A stretch of DNA of 64,000 nucleotides from the human T2T-CHM13v2.0 reference genome, Homo sapiens. This document shows positions 1 through 17,770 of this stretch, in pieces. The stretch is taken from assembly GCF_009914755.1 (NCBI RefSeq), contig NC_060940.1. One strand, given 5' to 3'. The first letter of the stretch is position 1. Each line of letters opens with the position of its first letter. The notes below the pieces were generated by a model. That model ran no database searches, was not told the origin of the DNA, and saw only the letters and a list, made by a program, of their open reading frames with translations. The position numbers and the translations under genes are program-made.

Positions 1-149
1 TCTATTCCATTGTTTTTTTCATCCTTTATATTTTATCTTGGATTCACGTAGCAAAATAAAGTCAGTAGTTAGAGATTGTGTTGTAATTTATGTTGCTGTC
101 AGAGAAAAAATATTTATGATAGAAGAGGAGCTTGGTCCTCATGTCTTTC

Positions 150-446
150 TTTGTTTTTTTTTTTGAGACAGAGTCCCGCTCTGTCACCCAGGCTGCAGTG
201 CAGTGGCGCAATCTCGGCTCAGTGCAACTTCTGCCTCCCAGGTTCAAGTGATTCTCCTGCCTCAGCCTCCTGAGTACCTGGGATTTCAGGCACGCACCAC
301 CATGCTCGGCTAATTTTTTTGTATTTTTAGTAGAGATGGGGTTTTGCCATGTTAGCCAGGCAGTCTCAAACTCCTGACCTCAGGCGATCCACCCACCTCG
401 GCCTCCCAAAGTGCTGGGATTACAGGCGTGAGCCACCGCGCCCGGC
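150..446 (-). mobile_element. Alu
   Basis: Full-length antisense Alu. Confidence 0.9.
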
Positions 447-761
447 TGTGGCTGCGGTTTTCTTACGTTTTCCAGTTAGCCCACTGCGAAGACAGCTTAT
501 CCATGGGCCTTCCCATATGCTAATAGGCATTCTCCCTGATGGCATTCTCCCTGACGGCAGCAGTGGGATTTTCTGATATCTGGTTTGGGAAGACATAACC
601 AGTCCCCTGAGATGAGTTGTGTATTTCCAAAGTGATGGCGAACACCATGGTTGTCCGCTATTCCTGAAAGTTCTATTGCTTTTCAACCACAAGTGTAACT
701 GGAAAATAATTACCACTACCATAAGGGAAATATATAAAAAGAACTCAGAACACAAACTAGA

Positions 762-1127
762 TGATACGGCTTGGCTCTGTGTCCCCACCCAAATCTCATC
801 TTGAATTGTTAATCCCCATAATCCCCACGTGTGGAGAGTGGGACCTGGTGGGAGGTGAATGGATTGTGGAGGTAGTTTCCCCCACGCTGTTCTCGTGATA
901 GTGAGTTCTCATGAGATCTCATGGTTTTGTGTTTGACAGTTCCTCCTACGCACACACTCTCTCACCTGCCACCACATAAGATGTCCCTGCTTCTCCTTCC
1001 ACCATGATTGTAAGTTTCCTGAGGCCTCCCCAGCCATGCAGAACTGTGAGTCAATTGAACCTCTTTCCTTTATAAATTACCCAATCTCACGCGGTTCCTT
1101 GCAGCAGGGTGAAAACAGACTAATACG
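762..1127 (+). mobile_element. THE1-type MaLR solo LTR
   Basis: TGATAcGGcTTGGCTCTGTGTCCCCACCCAAATCTCATCTTGAATTGT ... GAAAACAGACTAATAC termini. Confidence 0.85.
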
Positions 1128-1523
1128 CTTTATGCTCATTATTTAACATCAGAAGTCCCTTCTAGTAGTGGCAAACCAGGCCTGAACTCAGTCCCACTGA
1201 GTCTACCAGCTAAATATCTGATTCTTTCCCCTTCTCTCCGTTGCTACTCCTTATCAAAAAGAGTTTCACTCACGACTGTTACTCCCTTTACTCAAAGGAA
1301 ACACAAAAATTTTTACCATGACCCACACAACGAGCTCCTAGTTTCTTTGCTTGTCAGGCAAGGGAGCACACACCATGCATGGCTCTGCCAGAAGACACAG
1401 CAGCTGGGGTGTTGGTGTGTGTGTCAGAGGGTGAGTGTGCTAATTAAGGATCAATTCCTGCTCTCTAGGTGGGACGGAATGAGTCTATAAGCCCCTGTGC
1501 AATTCGTTAAAACAAGTCCCACT

Positions 1524-1850
1524 GGCCAGGTGTGTGGCTCACACCTGTAATGCCAGCCCTTTGGGAGGCCCAGCTGGACACTTGAGGTCAGGAGCTCAAG
1601 ACCAGCCTGGCTAACACAGTGAAACCCCATCTCTACTAAAAACACAAAACAGTAAAACCCCATCTCTACTAAAAATACAAAAATTAGCTGGGCATGGTGG
1701 CAGGCACCTGTAATCCCAGCTACTCAGGAGCTGAGGCAGGAGAATCACTTGAACCCGGGAGGCAGAAGCTGCAGTAAGCTCTGATTGCGCCACTGCACTC
1801 CAGCCTGGGCGACAGAGTGAGACTCTGTCTCAAAAAAAAAAAAAAAAAAA
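1524..1850 (+). mobile_element. Alu with a ~33-bp internal duplication near the linker
   Basis: aaaccccatctctactaaaaa present twice. Confidence 0.9.
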
Positions 1851-1966
1851 GAAACGGTCTTCAGTTATGTCCAGAGAGGGTCTAGCATAGCTAAGCTGAT
1901 GTTCAAAATTCAGAGTTGTTCATAGTTGTTTATCAGACCCAACTGTGGTGAATCACAGTATCCAGC

Positions 1967-2269
1967 TTTTTTTTTTTTTTTTTTTTTTGAGACAGAGTCT
2001 TGCTCTGTTGCCCAGGCTAGAGTGCAGCGGCGCGATCTCGGCTGACTGCAACCTCCGCCTCCCAGTTTCAAGCGATTCTCCTGCCTAAGCCTCCCGAGTA
2101 GCTGGGATTACAGGCGCCTGCCACTGTGCCTGGCTAATTTTTGTATTTTTAGTAGAGATAGGGTTTCACCATCTCGGCCAGGCTGGTCTGGAACTCCTGA
2201 CCTCGTGATCCACCCACCTCGGCCTCCCAAAGTGCTGGGATTACAGGCGTGAGCCACCATGCCTCGCCC
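1967..2269 (-). mobile_element. Alu
   Basis: TSD cacagtatccagctttt. Confidence 0.9.
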
Positions 2270-2356
2270 ACAGTATCCAGCTTTTAAAAAATAATTACAC
2301 TTTTTATTTTGAGAGAATTGTAGATTCACATACAGTTTTAAGAAATAATACAGACA

Positions 2357-2640
<284 letters not shown>

Positions 2641-2645
<5 letters not shown>

Positions 2646-2800
2646 AGGGAAGGGAAGGGAAAGGAAGGGAAGGGAAGGAAAGGGGCGGGGAGGCGAGGGG
2701 AGGGGAGGGGAGGGGAGGGGAGGGGAGGGGAGGGAGAAACGAAGAAAGGAAGCAAGCATGCAGGGAGGGAGGGAGGGAGGGGGTGGGTGGGCAGGCAGGC
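2641..2800 (+). repeat. (GGGAA)n/(GGGGA)n/(GGGA)n polypurine tract
   Basis: Directly visible. Confidence 0.9.
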
Positions 2801-3111
2801 AGACACTCTGTGTACGCTTTGCCCAGTTTCCCCCAATGGTAACATCTTGCAAGACTACAGTACAGTGTCACATTCAGGATATTGACATTCAGACAATCCA
2901 CCCATCTTCCTCAGATTTCCCCGGTTTTACTTGCACTCCATTGTGGGTATTTAGTTCTGTGCAATTTATCACGTGTAGGTATGGACTCACCATCACGATC
3001 AACATATGAAAAGGTCCCATCCCCACAAGGGTCCTTTGTGCTGCCCTTTTATAGCCACACCTCCCGACCTCCTGCCCCTGCCGACCGCTGACCGCCCAAC
3101 TCTTCTCCAGC

Positions 3112-3450
3112 CGTAACCACCCAACGGGTTCATTTGCCTACTGCCCAGACAGAGCCCATTTATCAAGACAGGGGAACTGTAATAGAGAAAGAATTTAATT
3201 GGCACAGAGCTGGTTGAACAGCAGACTGAGGTTTTATTACTTAAATCAGTCTCTCCAAAATCTCAGAGCCTAGGGTTTTTCCAGGATAGTTTGGCAGGCC
3301 AAGGTGCTGCTGATTAGTTGGGGGTGCAATCCTAGGGGTGTGGAACATGGTCCTTGTGCATGCTGAGTCTGCTTCTGGGTGGGGTCACAGGACTGGTTGG
3401 CTGGTAGGAACGGACCCATCAATAGTCAGAAATGCAAAAACCTGAAAAGA
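3112..3450 (-). mobile_element. ERV1 LTR fragment (LTR8/MER4 group)
   Basis: gtaaccacccaacgggttcatttgcc...atttatcaagacaggggaa...ttttattac resembles an antisense LTR8-like 3' end. Confidence 0.55.
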
Positions 3451-3451
3451 T

Positions 3452-3951
<500 letters not shown>

Positions 3952-3973
3952 CTAGATTGCTATGTGTATCTGA

Positions 3974-4610
3974 TGATATAGGAGTGAAGAAGAAATTACT
4001 AAGGCAGATAGTGAGGGTATGGGAGTCCTCAGTAAGGTTTCCTTTTTAATGAAAAGCAGCTCCCAAATCATTTTGTTTTCTAATAAAGAGCAGCCTGTAG
4101 AATCGAGCTGCAGACATAGATAAGCAAACTAGAAGCTTGCACAGGTGAATGCCGGCAGCTGTGCCAATAAAAAAAAGCTACCTGGGACTAGGCATATTCA
4201 ACATGGCGGCTCCATCTTCCCTTCTCTTTGCCAAACCACGCATACAGTAAGGAAGAGACAGCATGGCGCCAGCCAGGCAAAGACCCCATCTCCATAATAA
4301 GATTACGGTGGGGTGCCCAGCTTCCTCTTGTGCTAAACGTCACACCTGGTCCACCCTATCCGTGGGCGCTATGTAAATCAGACACTGCCTCCTCAATCCT
4401 GTCTATAAAATCTGCTGCACTCAGCCTCGGGCCAGAATTCCCACTCAGGTGCCCCTCTCTCTCGCAGGAGAGAGAGCTATTCTCTCTTCTCCTTCTTTCG
4501 CCTATTGAACCTCCGCTCTTAACCTCACCCCATGTGTGTCCGTGTCCTTGATTTCCTTGGCATGAGGCAATGACATGTCAAGACACGCTCGGGACCACAA
4601 CACCGCTTCA
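3974..4610 (+). mobile_element. ERV1 solo LTR (MER50-like)
   Basis: TG...CA ends; aagaaattactaaggcagatagtgagggtatgggagtcctc start; YY1-like aacatggcggc; TATAAAA at ~4405. Confidence 0.65.
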
Positions 4611-5309
4611 TTTCTGGGGTTCATTCCCTTTTATTGCTGAGTAGCATTCCGCAGGACAGAGGCTAGAGTCTGTTTAACCATTCGCCTACTGAAGGACACG
4701 TAAGAGAATTTCAGTTTGGGGCTATTAAAATCTGCCGTTTTAGTCTTTGTTTTCTGTTTATTTCCTGTGTTTCTTGTTCTTCTGTTTCTTTTGTCTTGCC
4801 TTCCTGTGGGTAGAAAGACTTGCCCTCACATATAAGCTCCTATGCTTTTTTTTCTTTTTGAATACATATTTTTAAAATACAGAGATAGGATCTCACTATG
4901 TTGCCCAGACTGGTCTGGAACTCCTGGGCTAAAGTGATCTGCCCACCTCGGCCTCCCAAGTGCTGGGATTACAGGCGTGAGCCACCGTGCCCAGCCTCCT
5001 GTGCTTTTGCTTAACTCTAGCTGCTTTCTCTCCCTGGGAAGCAGCGCTGAGGCTCCCTATACCTTCTTCATAAGGAGATGGCTTTCACCTCGTTTTGGCT
5101 TGTGTCTGTGTTTTTCTGATTTGTGAAAATAAAAATAAGCCCTACTTATGGAAATCATATGGAATCAAGGCAGACAGAACAAAATAGTAACAATATTTAA
5201 AGTGCTTCTATAATTAGAAAAAACAATCAAGATATAAAAATCTTTTCTTAAAAATGTGTGGGTCAGATAGACCTGAGTGTGAGTTGAGACACTGCTTTCC
5301 TTTTCTGGG

Positions 5310-6065
5310 TGTGCTACTGTGATTTAAAAAGAAACGTATATCCGGTCTCTGCCCTGGTTCCTGACATAGAACTCCTCAACCCTGTCATTTCCTGAGCAAT
5401 AGGGCTGCTATTTAGTCTTTGATCTGGGTTCCTAACACAGCTCCTACGACCTTTGTAATTTCCTGAGTGATGAGTGTCTGACACAAAGCTACTAAATCCC
5501 TTGGAATTTTGTGAGAGGAACAGCTTTTGTTCTAATGAGTGGGCTCTTCGTGGGCTCCCGGACAGCCTCAGGATGGGGGCTGGTTGCCAGGGGAACCAAC
5601 CCTGTGTGACTGTCCAATGTATCTCTTCATCTGGCTGCCCACCTGTATCCTTTGTAAGACCCTTTATAATACATAAGTAGCGAGGTGCAGTGGCGTGCAG
5701 TGGCTCATGCCTGTAATCCCAGCACTTTGGGAAGCTGAGGCAGGAGGACTGCTTGAGCCCACGAGTTCAAGACCAGCCTGGGCAACATAGACTCCATTTC
5801 AATTAAAAAAAAAAAAAAAAAAAAAAAAGGAAAGAAATTCGGCACGTCTCCTAGTGAAACCTGAGTAGGATGTCATTGGAACCCCCAGTTTAGAGCCGGT
5901 AGGTCAGAAGGCACAGGTCACACAACCTAGGACTTGAGACTGGCATCTGAAGTGGGGGGCAGCGTTGTGGGGGTGAGCCCTCAGCCTGTGGGATCTGACA
6001 CCATCTCCAGGTAGATGGCGTTACAACCTGGGACTTGAGACTGGCATCTGAAGTGGGGGGCAGCA
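5310..6065 (+). mobile_element. MER21-like LTR interrupted by an Alu monomer (5680-5828)
   Basis: tgtgctactgtgattt...ggtctctgccctggttcctgaca...cccttggaattt...gggaaccaacc. Confidence 0.65.
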
Positions 6066-6591
6066 CAGGCTCCACTAAAAAACTCTACACAGCACCCCCA
6101 ATGCCATGCTGTCTTGTCCTTGGCACGGTCCTTCCCTGTGCCCTCCCGCTCTTCCTCATTGAAAACACCCTTCATATGAACTCAGCCAAACCCCTGTCCT
6201 CTGTGCAGTCTTGGCCCTTGGTGGAGTTCCTTCTTTCCTCGGAGGCCAACAGCACATTTTGGTGTAAGCACTTACATGTTTAAGTTTCCTACTAGACTCC
6301 GCCTCCAGCAGGCCAGAGACCACATTCTGTATGGTTCATCTTTGCCCAAGTGTCTATTCTCATGTCCAGTACTTGATGAATTGTATCAGACCTTCTCAGA
6401 CTTGAGGAAGAAATACTAAATTAGTGATATTGTGGCGACATAAACTTGCCAATGTGACAGAATGCCAACATGGGAGATTTAGTTCTGATTCTGACAAAGC
6501 CATTAGATTCTAAGAAGGATGCAGAAAGCCAAGTGTGTTTCCCCCACGCCCAGGACCCGCCACTGGATGCGTGAATCATACCCCATGGCTG

Positions 6592-6605
6592 GCGCCACCT
6601 TGAGG
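6592..6605 (-). promoter_or_regulatory. Candidate CTCF motif CCTCAAGGTGGCGC
   Basis: Close match to the CTCF core CCxCxAGGTGGCGC inside a small CpG-retaining non-repeat patch (6540-6620). Confidence 0.45.
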
Positions 6606-6713
6606 CTGGGCACGCAAAGATGAGCCATAAAAAAGAGGGTGTGATTTGTCACCCTGTTTGCTGAACTATTTTGCCACAATTAGCAAAACCAACCCTTTAA
6701 GAAATTGTTCAGG

Positions 6714-7501
<788 letters not shown>

Positions 7502-7725
7502 TTAAAGCAACATCAATTCTATCTATGTGACATTACCAAGGAAAGCATTATACCATTTGTGTCTTGGGGGGGTTAGGGACAGGGACAAATAGTCAACCTG
7601 GTGGTTGCCCTGAGGCTCGCCCCTTCCCCCATCCTTTCCAGTATCCTGCCTGAGCAACCTTTTGTTTCTGGTGCACAAATACGACTGCTGGGCCTGTTTT
7701 CTTGCAAAGGTACTTTCAAACATAG

Positions 7726-8039
<314 letters not shown>

Positions 8040-9125
8040 TTGTATTGCTCTTAAAAACAAATAAACAAACAAAAGACTCAGGTGCTTGTAATCATCTATT
8101 CTGCGGCTGAGAGAATATCGGCCATGGCCCGCAACCAGACAACCAACCTGTTTCCAAACATGAATATTTTAAAATATTAGACTTTTGTTCTGGTAACTTG
8201 GAAATTCAAAAGGAATTTCCGTATTGAAGGATGACATTATGTAATATTTTAAACTCGAAATTTCTTCACACCATTAAGGTTTTTCAATTTTGAAAGTCAA
8301 TGTTCCTCCAACAATAAAACAAGAAAAACATCTCATTCTTGATGGGGACAGATAGGGACAGGTTTTTACATTAACTTGAGCAGTGGAGAACAGGAAAAGA
8401 TTGCTCTCTGCAAATGGTGTGATTTCACTGAGGAACACAACAGATCCTTTCTCTCTGTGTAAATCAGCCAACCTATTCTGTGATCACCATTACAACAGAA
8501 TTTGTGTATGCAAATTCCCGGCTGGGCCTTCTCCTGTCATCCTCCCAGCGGCTCCCCCGCCCTGCTCACGCTACTGAGACACTGGCACCTTACCTCAGAC
8601 CAGAGCCCAGCACTAAACCTCTGGTTCCACTGCACAGGATCTCAGTTCTTTCTTACATCCTGAAGTTTTGTGCCCAGTAACACAGGGGACGAGGTATAAG
8701 CTTCATCCAAAACAGTGTTGTGGAAATGTTTTGACTACAACTTTCAGTAAGAAATGAATTTACGCTATGATCCGGTATACACCTGTGCACACATGTGCTG
8801 CACGCACGTAAACAAGTTACACAAAACATTTTCCTTAGCTATGTATGGTACATTGTGATCATTTTTCTCTTACACCATTTCATTTTTTTAAATGCTGGTT
8901 TTCCGCACTAGATCAATGTCACAATCCACTAGTGGGTCCTGACCTGGAGTTTGAAACACATGAATATGCAATGCTCTCCCATTATGAGACATGTCCTAGT
9001 CCCTAAGCTAATCTACTTGGAACTGTAAAATTCTAAGAAACAGAAATAGATATTTCAGTAGAAATAATAAAAAAGATTTCTTTTCACTGGCACATACAAA
9101 ATGTGAAGTTGAAAATCATTCTGAA

Positions 9126-9300
9126 ATTAGCCAGGCATGGTGGTGCACACCTGTAGTCCCAGCTACTCGGGAGGCTGAGGTGGGAGGATCACTTGAGCTC
9201 AGGTGATAGAGGCTACAGTGAGCTATGATTGCATCACCACTCTCGAGTCTGGGTGACAGAGTGAGACCCTGTCTCTCTCTCTAAAAAAAAAAAAAAAAAA
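9126..9300 (+). mobile_element. Alu right monomer (FRAM/AluJ-like)
   Basis: Right arm plus A tail. Confidence 0.85.
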
Positions 9301-9467
9301 TTTAACTTTAAAAAAGAAAATCATTCTGAAGAATTGGTGGACACAGGTGTTATAACTACTCAGAACACAGGCAAACACAGGCAGTTTGCGAGGGAGCCTA
9401 AAGGAAGAGTGAGGGCACTCACTGGAACCCAGCCCATCTGAACAGAGGCAGGGAAGACTTTGGTTTA

Positions 9468-10060
<593 letters not shown>

Positions 10061-10316
10061 AGGGAGACTTTTCTATCCATGCTGCACGGCAATCTTGTCC
10101 TCCTTTTGCTAGAAGAAATAAGACTCTTGGGGCTAGGAAGAACCTTAAATGTCAAATTCCATTTTCTCTTGTCAGATGACAAAAGTAAATCAGCATTTCC
10201 TTTAAAAATCGGAGCACTGACTTTGGTCCTATTCAAAATAGCTACCTTCAATTAGAATTAGGGTAAAAAATGATTCACCATAATGTTGTTTAACTTTCTC
10301 TCTTTTTTTTTTTTTT

Positions 10317-10924
10317 CAAATTACTAGAATTTTATTAGCCAAGGGATAGCAGCTGGAGGAGAAATAACAAAAAAATACATCTTAAGAATCCTTAAGTACA
10401 GTGCATATTTACAATTTAAGTGTCATATTTTAGAAGGCCACTGTCCATCAGCTCAGTAAATGTACCAGCTTCTAAAGCCATGATGCCATAGGTCCATTTG
10501 TTGATGAAATTCCTACCCACTGTCCTCGGGCATCTGACTCTGGTCTCTGCACTGGCATCAAGAGAACGCTGCTCGGTGGTTTAAGGCTAACACCTTACAG
10601 GGTAACACTGTAACACTGGCCCTGGAGCCAGGTGCTTTTCTCCATGAAAACTTCCACCTTGGTAGCTCAGCCGACATAGACAACACACAAAGCGCAGCTC
10701 TGCACTTCTGTCCTTATCTTCACACAGTGACATCCACACCAGGTGGCCAAACAGAAGAGAAGGCAGAGGCCCACCAAGAGCTGATGCTGCGCAGTCCTTG
10801 GGGGATCATCCTCCGGTCTCACTGGGGACGAACCCAGGTTCTGGAGCCTCTCCCCTGACAGACAGCTTGTCACCGGCACTTATGGGTCCTCTGGGATTTC
10901 AGACAATACCCAACTTCTGTAGGT
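10317..10924 (-). other. WDR59: WDR59 3'UTR up to the proximal poly(A) site
   Basis: Repeat-free ~600 nt after the stop codon, ending just past AATAAA. Confidence 0.7.
10331..10336 (-). terminator. Polyadenylation signal AATAAA
   Basis: tttatt on + strand, ~590 nt after the stop codon. Confidence 0.7.
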
Positions 10925-11160
10925 TCAGAAAGTGCTTTCAAGCAGGCAGTGGCACCCACACCCGGTGGGACACACCTCCTGGGTCCGAAACCACTCCATC
11001 ATGTGGCTGGTGTGGCCACCGTGCCCACAGGTCAGGCAGAAATTGGACGATCCCCGCACAGCCACGTGACAGATGGCACACTGGAACGTGAAGCCTTTGC
11101 AGATGGCACACTGCGTGCCACGGACCTCACTCCGGCAGTGGCTGCAGTACACGCCGAACT
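10925..11160 (-). CDS. WDR59: WDR59 terminal coding exon (~26), C-terminal Zn-finger/RING-like domain FGVYCSHC...CPTGCGCHCLLESTF*
   Basis: 236 nt including TGA at 10925-10927; Cys/His pattern CxxC..CxxC..CxxC..CxxCGHGGH..H..W..C. Confidence 0.97.
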
Positions 11161-11299
11161 CTGGAAATGGGCAGGGACGGGCAAAACAAGAGGCAGCATG
11201 AGTTTAGTTCTGAAAAAGGAAACTGGGGCTTGCCAGGAAGAAGGAAGTCTTCCTCTTAAGACTCTAGCAGATTCTCTTAGACCAGTGGTTTTCATTTTC

Positions 11300-11606
11300 T
11301 GTTTTTTTTATTTTTATTTTTTCTTTTTGAGACAGAGTTTCACTCTTGTCACCCAGGCTCGAGTGCAATGGTGCAATCTTGGCTCACTGCAACCTTCACA
11401 GCCCGGATTCAAGTGTCCTGCCTCAGCCTCCCGAGTAGCTGGAATTACAGGCACCTGCCACCACGCCCAGCTAAGTTTGTATTTTTAGTAGAGACGGGGT
11501 TTCGCCATGTTGGCCAGGCTGGTCTCGAACTCCTGACCTCAGGTGATCCACCTGCCTTGGCCTCCCAAAGTGCTGGGATTATAGGCGTGAGCCACTGTGC
11601 CCAGCC
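11300..11606 (-). mobile_element. Alu
   Basis: Alu consensus. Confidence 0.9.
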
Positions 11607-11999
11607 TGTTTTTTTTTGTTTTTTTTACACCAGAACTCCTTCTTCTGAGCCACTGCACCCAGCTGCTGAGTACTGTATTTTCTCAGGGGCTCCGCATGGA
11701 AACCCAGTGCCCTACAGCAGGGGGCAGCTGCGTCTGATGCCTCTTCCCACCCCGACGGCTGGCAGGGCCTGGCACGCAGGAGGTGTTGAACAGGTATCAG
11801 CTGAAAGAACTGAATGACTCAGCAGTAACACTTCAGCAGAGGGCAGACTGGCTTTACCAACGCCTGCTACTGCCCACTCGCCACTGGCCCAAGTCAGGAC
11901 ACCGGGATGCCGCTCCACCGCCGGGCGGGGACTGGTTCCACTGGGCTACCCTGAGTAAAACCTGCTCTATCTACTCTGCTGGCAATAGTCCCCTCATCA

Positions 12000-12800
12000 C
12001 CTGACCCTCCTGCCTCTGCTGGCTTTTGGATGAAAGGCCATTTCTTGCTTAAGTCCTCTGACTGCAGGGGCAGTGGGTGGGGACTGTGTCCCATCGCTGC
12101 CTCCAGACTGACCTTTCTGCTGGAGGCCAATGTCATCCAGCTTCACCAGCCTTTCCCCCTTTTCTCTGTGTCATCTGAGGACATTCTGGAGACACACCCC
12201 CACTCACTGAAGACTTGTTCTTGGCTCTCAATTTTCTCTCTACCCCAGTTCTTAGATGATCCTGGAGGTCTCCCAAACCTACACCACTAACCCAGTGCCC
12301 ACCCGGCCATTCAGGTCTTTGCCCTCATCCCTAACCCATCACCACTAACCCTTCAGTCCACCTGCCCCTTTCTAGCTGCAATTTGCCCTTTGGCCAACCT
12401 GAATTACATGGACTCACTTTATAATCACTTATTTTGCAAATGCCTTCAATTCCTTTGCCCATCTCCTGCACCACCTGGCAAAACCTCTACCCTGGATGAC
12501 CCATATCACCTGCCCACTCCATGCCTGCCCACAAGAGGCTGAGCAATCCTGGAGAAAGGCCCATGTTCAAGAAATGCATCTCACTTCATACACGCGATCA
12601 CCAACGGACACAACACCTAGCCCTGCGCGGAGCCTGTGTTTCCCTTCTGTCCCCGAGATGGTGACTTCGGGCCTCCACCACGTTCTGCAAACTCTTCCCT
12701 CATGCCTTTTCTCCCGGCTCCTGCACCTGCCAGCCTCGTCTCTCACTTCCCTTCGTCGTTACACCACGCATCTTCCAATCTCCCACCTCTCCTTCCCTCT
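12000..12800 (+). mobile_element. Decayed L2 fragment
   Basis: C/T-rich L2-like text, e.g. aaacctctaccctggatgaccc; family by recollection. Confidence 0.4.
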
Positions 12801-12849
12801 TACAACAGAGGGAGGGTCCTTTCTTCTAGCAGAACTGGCTGCTCTGTTG

Positions 12850-15780
<2,931 letters not shown>

Positions 15781-16880
15781 ACACTGACCAGGAGCAGCTT
15801 CTCATGCCTGTAATCCCAGCACTTTGTGAGGCCGAGGTGGGGGTATCGCTTGAGCCCAGGAGTTGGAGACCAGCCTGGGCAACATGGCAAGACTCCATCT
15901 CTACAAAAACATTTTTTTAAAAATTAGCCGGGCATGATGGTGTATGCCTGTGGTCCCAGCTACTTAGGAGACTGTGGTGGGAGGATTGTTGAGCTCAGCA
16001 GGTCGAGGCTGCAGTGAGCTGTGATCATGCCTGTGCACTGCAGCCTGGGTGACAGAGTGAGACCCTGTCTCAAAAAACAAACAAACAAGCCAAACAAATA
16101 AGCTGACAGCATTACCACCAGGAGACACTTGTCAGACTGTGGAATGGATCAGGATTTCTAGGACTTTTTGGTTCAGAAGCAGATGACTTCAGTCAAAGTA
16201 GATGGGTAGAGAATCCAAGACAATTAGAACAAGAATTACTTAGCAGGGACTGAATACAACTGATGGAAAAATTTAATTCTGGCTAATGATCTATTTTCTA
16301 CTAGAAAGGAGAAAACATTCTTTCTTCTTTCTTGCTCCATCTCTACCCTCAGTTTAACACGTTATATACATTGAAATGAAACACTCTGGAAATAGTATCT
16401 TGTTCTAATTACCTTCAGGAGAAAAAAAAACCAAAAAAGATCTTAATATAGATTATAAGATATCAAATCACCAGGAAAACCTTAGAACAATAACCCCATA
16501 GGAAATATCATATGTTGATTAACCTCATCTGCAAAAATGCTCAGAACAATGGGTAAGTACCACACAAAGGCCTTTTCTTTTCATGACAAAATATACAGGT
16601 TCAGTGAGAGTCTGCTGGGGCTGGGTGTGGCAGCTCATGCTTCTAATCCCAGCACTTTGGGAGGCTGAGGTGGAAGGATCACTTGAAGCCAAGAATTTGA
16701 GACCACAATGGACAACAAAGTGAGACTCTGTTTCTATTTTATAAAAATTTAAAAAATTAAAAATAAAAGAAGCTGCCTTCCTCCTTATCATGATATACAT
16801 GGATAGATCAGATTTACAGCCAAGGTCATGCCCAAAATGTCACATTTAGATTCAAATCTCATTTAAATTAGGTATGATAC

Positions 16881-17195
<315 letters not shown>

Positions 17196-17219
17196 GTTAG
17201 GTATGATAAGCCATTATGA

Positions 17220-17770
17220 AGGGGAGGAGATGGCTTCATATGTGGACATGAAGCCCACAAGTCCTCCCAGGAAACTTCTTTGGCCTAGGGAATCCCAGCC
17301 TTGCACAAAGTACAGATGTCATTTCCTGACAGGCCAGAAACACTGACTACCCTGAGGATCACAGGTAAGAGGCACAGGACGACAGGATAGGTTTTGCAGG
17401 TGAAACTTGATAGAGGTGAAATGAATCATTCTTGGGTCCTAACGGACAAACTAATGAAGACCATAAAAATACTCCCAGCACATAGAACAATCAAAGTATG
17501 ATTCCAAGGCTTTTCAAAACTTCCAGGAGGAAGTAAACTCCAAAGGTGCAGGGTCATACAGCTCCAGTTTGTTAACCATACAACAAAAAGTTTTGTGTAT
17601 TAATCAACATCACCTATTACACAAAAGTAAATAAAACTGGCCAAATAAATAAGACGTTAAATGAATATACTGAACCAGTAAACTGTTGAACGAAATTTAG
17701 GTGAGCAGATCTCTACCTCTATGGAGGGAATTCTCCCCATGGGGTGGCTGGGAAAGCGATCGCTTTGCTC
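17220..17770 (+). pseudogene. Decayed retroviral env relic (SU C-terminus and TM ectodomain)
   Basis: Frameshifted motifs GFICGHEAHK/VLPGNFFG, DSKAFQNFQEEVNS and LLTIQQ/FCVLINITYYTKVNKTGQI (degenerate CX6CC). Confidence 0.6.

Noticed and set aside
526-559. 15-bp tandem duplication ggcattctccctga(t/c)
   Set aside because: Ordinary short slippage duplication with no functional context
10949-11817. 179-aa and 149-aa + strand ORFs
   Set aside because: Antisense shadow of the WDR59 last exon plus Alu translation
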